DNA from: Macrostomum lignano
Lineage: Eukaryota
Direction of reading: 5' to 3'
Assembly: GCA_002269645.1 (NCBI GenBank)
Contig: NIVC01001194.1
Span: 1 to 64,000 of the forward strand
Length of the DNA stretch: 64,000 nucleotides
Shown: positions 60,301 through 64,000 of the stretch, piece after piece
Layout: the number at the start of each line of letters is the position of its first letter
Position numbering within the stretch: the stretch's first letter is position 1
Made by a program: the position numbers and the translations under genes
Notes under the pieces: generated by a model
The model's input: only the letters and a program-made list of their open reading frames with translations
Database searches by the model: none
Told to the model about the DNA's origin: nothing

Positions 60301-63300
60301 GGTGTATGTGTAGATAAGGTAGGTGTATGTGCAGATAAGGTAGGTGTATGTGTAGATAAGGTAGGTGTATTTGTAGATAAGGTAGGTGTATGTGTAGATA
60401 AGGTAGGTGTATGTGTAGATAAGGTAGGTGTATGTGTAGATAAGGTAGGTGTATGTGCAGATAAGGTAGGTGTTTGTGCAGATAAGGTAGGTGTATGTGC
60501 AGATAAGGTAGGTGTATGTGCAGATAAGGTAGGTGTATTTGTAGATAAGGTAGGTGTATGTGTAGATAAGGTAGGTGTATTTGTAGATAAGGTAGGTGTA
60601 TGTGTAGATAAGGTGAGGTGTATGTGTAGATAAGGTAGGTGTATGTGTAGATAAGGTAGGTGTATGTGCAGATAAGGTGAGGTGTATGTGTAGATAAGGT
60701 AGGTGTATGTGCAGATAAGGTAGGTGTATGTGTAGATAAGGTAGGTGTATTTGTAGATAAGGTAGGTGTATGTGTAGATAAGGTAGGTGTATGTGTAGAT
60801 AAGGTAGGTGTATGTGTAGATAAGGTAGGTGTATGTGTAGATAAGGTAGGTGTATGTGCAGATACAGATAAGGTAGGTGTATGTGCAGATACAGATAAGG
60901 TAGGTGTATGTGCAGATACAGATAAGGTAGGTGTATGTGCAGATACAGATAAGGTAGGTGTATGTGCAGATACAGATAAGGTAGGTGTATGTGTAGATAA
61001 GGTAGGTATAAATGCAGATACACAAAGAGAACAGGCAGAAAGGCAGGGAAGCCACAGAAAACGCGCATCAAACCGCAGACCCACCACATTGGAGGGCAGA
61101 GGCAGAGCGGTCGGCACCCGTTCAGAGTTCTGCTTCTCGGCACCGCTCAGCAGCAGAGGACTTTTCACCGCGATTTCCCGAATACCGCGAAGCCACTCCT
61201 TGGGCCACTCTGTAATGACAAGCGAATGCAACGATACAAAAAAAATACAATAAGCAAAATGCTCGGCATATACTACTTACTATTAACTGGAGCATTCTCG
61301 TGCACAAAGTCCAGCAGTACGCAGTAGAGCCAGAAGTCTTTGAACAGTTTGCCCAAACGCATTTTGGGCTCAACGGTGGTTGGAAGCCGGCTGACAAGCT
61401 GGAAGGAATGTTTCAAAATGAGTTCTAGGATGAGACTGAGACACGTTAGGAGCCCGTAAAAGCCTTTTAAAAATTCATTATCAAAGATTAAGGACTCGAT
61501 TAAAAATATCAGGTATGACTGTGACATAGTATCATGTGTATGAATATTGGTGTGATGAAAATCTCATCTGAGATATTCAAGATGCTAAATAATCTCTCGT
61601 GAGATTATTGAGATGACAGATAATCTCAGGTGAGATTACTGAGACGATAGATAATCTCAGGTGAGATATGCAAGATGCTAAATATTCACAGGTGAGATTA
61701 CTCAGACAATAAATATTCTCAGGGGGGGGATTACTGAGACGATAGATAATCTCAGGTGAGATATGCAAGATACTAAATAATCTCAGGTGAGACTACCGAG
61801 ACGATAGATAATCTCAGGTGAGATATGCAAGATGCTAAATAATCTTAGGTGAGATTATCACGGTGGCAAATAATCCTAAAGTAAGACAACCAAACAATAG
61901 AAATCCTCAACAACCAAGACAGACTCACCACGGCAATAACTGGAATGAGCGACCCCAGGCACTCGGTGACCTTCCTACGAACCGCTTTCAAATCAGTCAA
62001 TCGATTTCTGGCCTCCAAATCCAGCAGTACAAACAGCTCCAGCAGGCGACCCAACAGATCGTACAGACTTTCCTCGCCAGTGACGCTGGCTCCCATATTT
62101 GCGTAGGCGTTGATCACGTGATTTAGCAGGGTTTGACTCGATGACGGGTCGGACAAGGAATGACGGACTGATAGCTCGCTAAATAAGCTCAGAATTTGAT
62201 GGTCCACCGTAGGCTGAATTGGGGAGGATAATGATGTTAGTTTTAGAGCTTGTGAAGTTCTCAATCCATGAGGTTTCGAGCTTGTGAAGTTTCGAGTTTG
62301 TGAAGATTCCAGTTTGCGAAGATTCGAGTTTGTGAATTGAAGATTCAAGTTTGTGAAGATTCGAGCTTGTGAAGATTCGAGTTTGTGAAGATTTGAGTTT
62401 GTGAAGATTTGAGTTTGTGAAGATTCGAGTTAATGAAGTTTTGAGCTTGTGAATTGAAGATTCAAGTTTGTGAAGTTTTGAGCATGTGAAGATTCGAGTT
62501 TGTAAAGATTTGAGTTTGTGAATTCTCAAGTTTGTGAAGATTCGTGTTTGTAAAGATTTGAGTTTGTGAAGATTTGAGTTTGTGAATTCTCAAGTTTGTG
62601 AAGATTCGAGTTTGTGAATTCTCAAGTTTGTGAAGATTCGAGTTTGTGAATATTCGAGTTTGTTAATATTCGAGTTAATGAAGTTTTGAGCTTGTGAATT
62701 GAAGATTCAAGTTTGTGAATTCTCAAGTTTGTGAAGATTCGAGTTTGTGAAGATTTGAGTTTGTGAAGATTTGAGTTTGTGAAGATTTGAGTTTGTGAAT
62801 TCTCAAGTTTGTGAAGATTCGAGTTTGTGAAGATTTGAGTTTGTGAAGATTTGAGTTTGTGAAGATTTGAGTTTGTGAATTCTCAAGTTTGTGAAGATTC
62901 GAGTTTGTGAAGATTTGAGTTTGTGAATTCTCAAGTTTGTGAAGATTCGAGTTTGTGAAGATTTGAGTTTGTGAATTCTCAAGTTTGTGAAGATTCGAGT
63001 TTGTGAAGATTTGAGTTTGTGAAGATTTGAGTTTGTGAATTCTCAAGTTTGTGAAGATTCGAGTTTGTGAAGATTCGAGTTTGTGAAGATTTGAGTTTGT
63101 GAAGATTCGAGTTTGTGAATATTCGAGTTTGTTAATATTCGAGTTAATGAAGTTTTGAGCTTGTGAATTGAAGATTCAAGTTTGTGAATTCTCAAGTTTG
63201 TGAAGATTCGAGTTTGTGAAGATTCGAGTTTGTGAAGGTTTGAGTTTGTGAAGATTTGAGTTTGTGAAGATTTGAGTTTGTGAATTCTCAAGTTTGTGAA

Positions 63301-63737
63301 GATTCGAGTTTGTGAAGATTTGAGTTTGTGAATTCTCAAGTTTGTGAAGATTCGAGTTTGTGAAGATTTGAGTTTGTGAAGATTTGAGTTTGTGAATTCT
63401 CAAGTTTGTGAAGATTCGAGTTTGTGAATATTCGAGTTTGTGAAGTTTCGAGCTTGTGAAGATTCGAGTTTGTACAGCTCAAAAACACGCTCACGCATCC
63501 AGCTATGATGAGGCAGCCCAGCTGGTCAATAATAGTGCCGCCCAGATCCACAGGCAGACGCTGCGTTTGCACCTGTTGCAGACTCTGCTGAAAGAATTGC
63601 ACAACAGCTTCTTGTGTTCGACTGCCGCGATTGTCTTCGATGCAGTTGCGGAGTTCCACGGCAACTCGACCCAGCGACAGGATGGTGTTCACGTACATCA
63701 GGTTCGTGTCTCTGTGGGCGGCAAGGTTCAGTTCTGG
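48323..63737 (-). CDS. PI4KA: Phosphatidylinositol 4-kinase III alpha (PI4KA/Stt4), 3' portion; the gene continues beyond the window
   Basis: Exons 63737-63495, 62213-61929, 61398-61281, 61209-~61084, 59101-58959, 58866-58784, 58061-57404, 55966-55660, 54237-53788, 53243-52470, 51980-51511, 51180-50686, 49872-49497 and 48565-48323. Motifs [65 protein letters not shown], and C-terminus [13 protein letters not shown]. Confidence 0.96.
48625..49150. repeat. ~22-bp minisatellite (taattaaagctccatgaccccc)n
   Basis: PI4KA last intron. Confidence 0.93.
49215..49410. repeat. 33-bp minisatellite (ctgaacatctatgacctgaagtttcatgagcac)n
   Basis: About 5-6 units. Confidence 0.85.
50080..50600. repeat. ~29-bp minisatellite (gattggtcattgtctagggtcatgattag)n
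   Basis: PI4KA intron. Confidence 0.92.
52035..52425. repeat. 23-bp minisatellite (ctaattagaaatggcacatatcc)n
   Basis: PI4KA intron. Confidence 0.95.
54500..55640. repeat. 33-bp minisatellite (gatgactcatcacagaaatctatagatcagcct)n
   Basis: PI4KA intron, about 34 units. Confidence 0.95.
56055..57340. repeat. Two adjacent minisatellites: 18-bp (cacagcccgatcccacac)n then 22-bp (ccataccctacaatcagcgatc)n
   Basis: PI4KA intron; the switch is at ~56370-56400. Confidence 0.95.
58135..58770. repeat. AT-rich ~26-bp repeat (gctaatgattttcactaatcagttg) and degenerate derivatives
   Basis: Clean units at 58135-58330, degenerate at 58480-58770. Confidence 0.8.
59335..61010. repeat. 21-bp minisatellite (gataaggtaggtgtatgtgta)n
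   Basis: 1.7-kb array; source of the 580-660-aa pseudo-ORFs. Confidence 0.97.
61560..61860. repeat. Degenerate minisatellite (ataatctcaggtgagat... core)
   Basis: PI4KA intron. Confidence 0.8.
62240..63475. repeat. 15-17-bp minisatellite (gagtttgtgaagatt[t/c])n
   Basis: PI4KA intron. Confidence 0.95.
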
Positions 63738-63794
63738 CTGTCAGACTCTGGTGTGAAAGTACGCTTTCTACCTGAGACCATTCACTGCTTATCA

Positions 63795-64000
63795 CTGAGC
63801 ATCACAGCTCACATCAGCTACATGAGCACCCTCCCCGAGCATCACAGCTCATACCAGCTACATGAGCACCCTCCCCGAGCATCACAGCTCACATCAGCTA
63901 CATGAGCACCCTCCCCGAGCATCACAGCTCATACCAGCTACATGAGCACCCTCCCCGAGCATCACAGCTCACATCAGCTACATGAGCAACCCTCCCCGAG
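63795..64000. repeat. 40-bp minisatellite (catcacagctcacatcagctacatgagcaccctccccgag)n
   Basis: About 5 units, running off the window end. Confidence 0.9.

Noticed and set aside
59252-61231. 580-660-aa ORFs (YTYTYLI / HIHLPYL / THTPTLS)
   Set aside because: A 21-bp unit without stops on the minus strand in all three frames, inside a PI4KA intron.

Overview
Eukaryotic (animal) genomic DNA. The gene structure, with nearly every larger intron filled by its own minisatellite plus a few very short introns, suggests a free-living flatworm such as Macrostomum; this is an inference, not a database result. All seven host genes are on the minus strand, and each could be assembled from GT-AG junctions with consistent reading phases. 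From right to left they are: the 3' part of PI4KA (continues beyond the window), EBP2, an FKBP4/5-type PPIase-TPR immunophilin, a ~1,590-aa gene joining ~28 ankyrin repeats in frame to a Mab-21/cGAS-like nucleotidyltransferase (cGLR), two tandem gp130/Domeless-like class I cytokine receptor genes, and an orphan ~630-aa helical protein. Mobile DNA comprises two mariner elements (one carrying a nested RNase H-bearing LINE with a 14-bp TSD), a CORE-type SINE remnant and a short LINE 3' fragment. The main points of interest are the ankyrin-cGLR with variation concentrated at ankyrin binding-surface positions, the mosaic cytokine-receptor pair (divergent N-terminal exons, ~99% identical WSxWS exon), and two exons each enclosed by inverted minisatellite arrays. 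Most long ORFs in the supplied track are artefacts of the tandem repeats.
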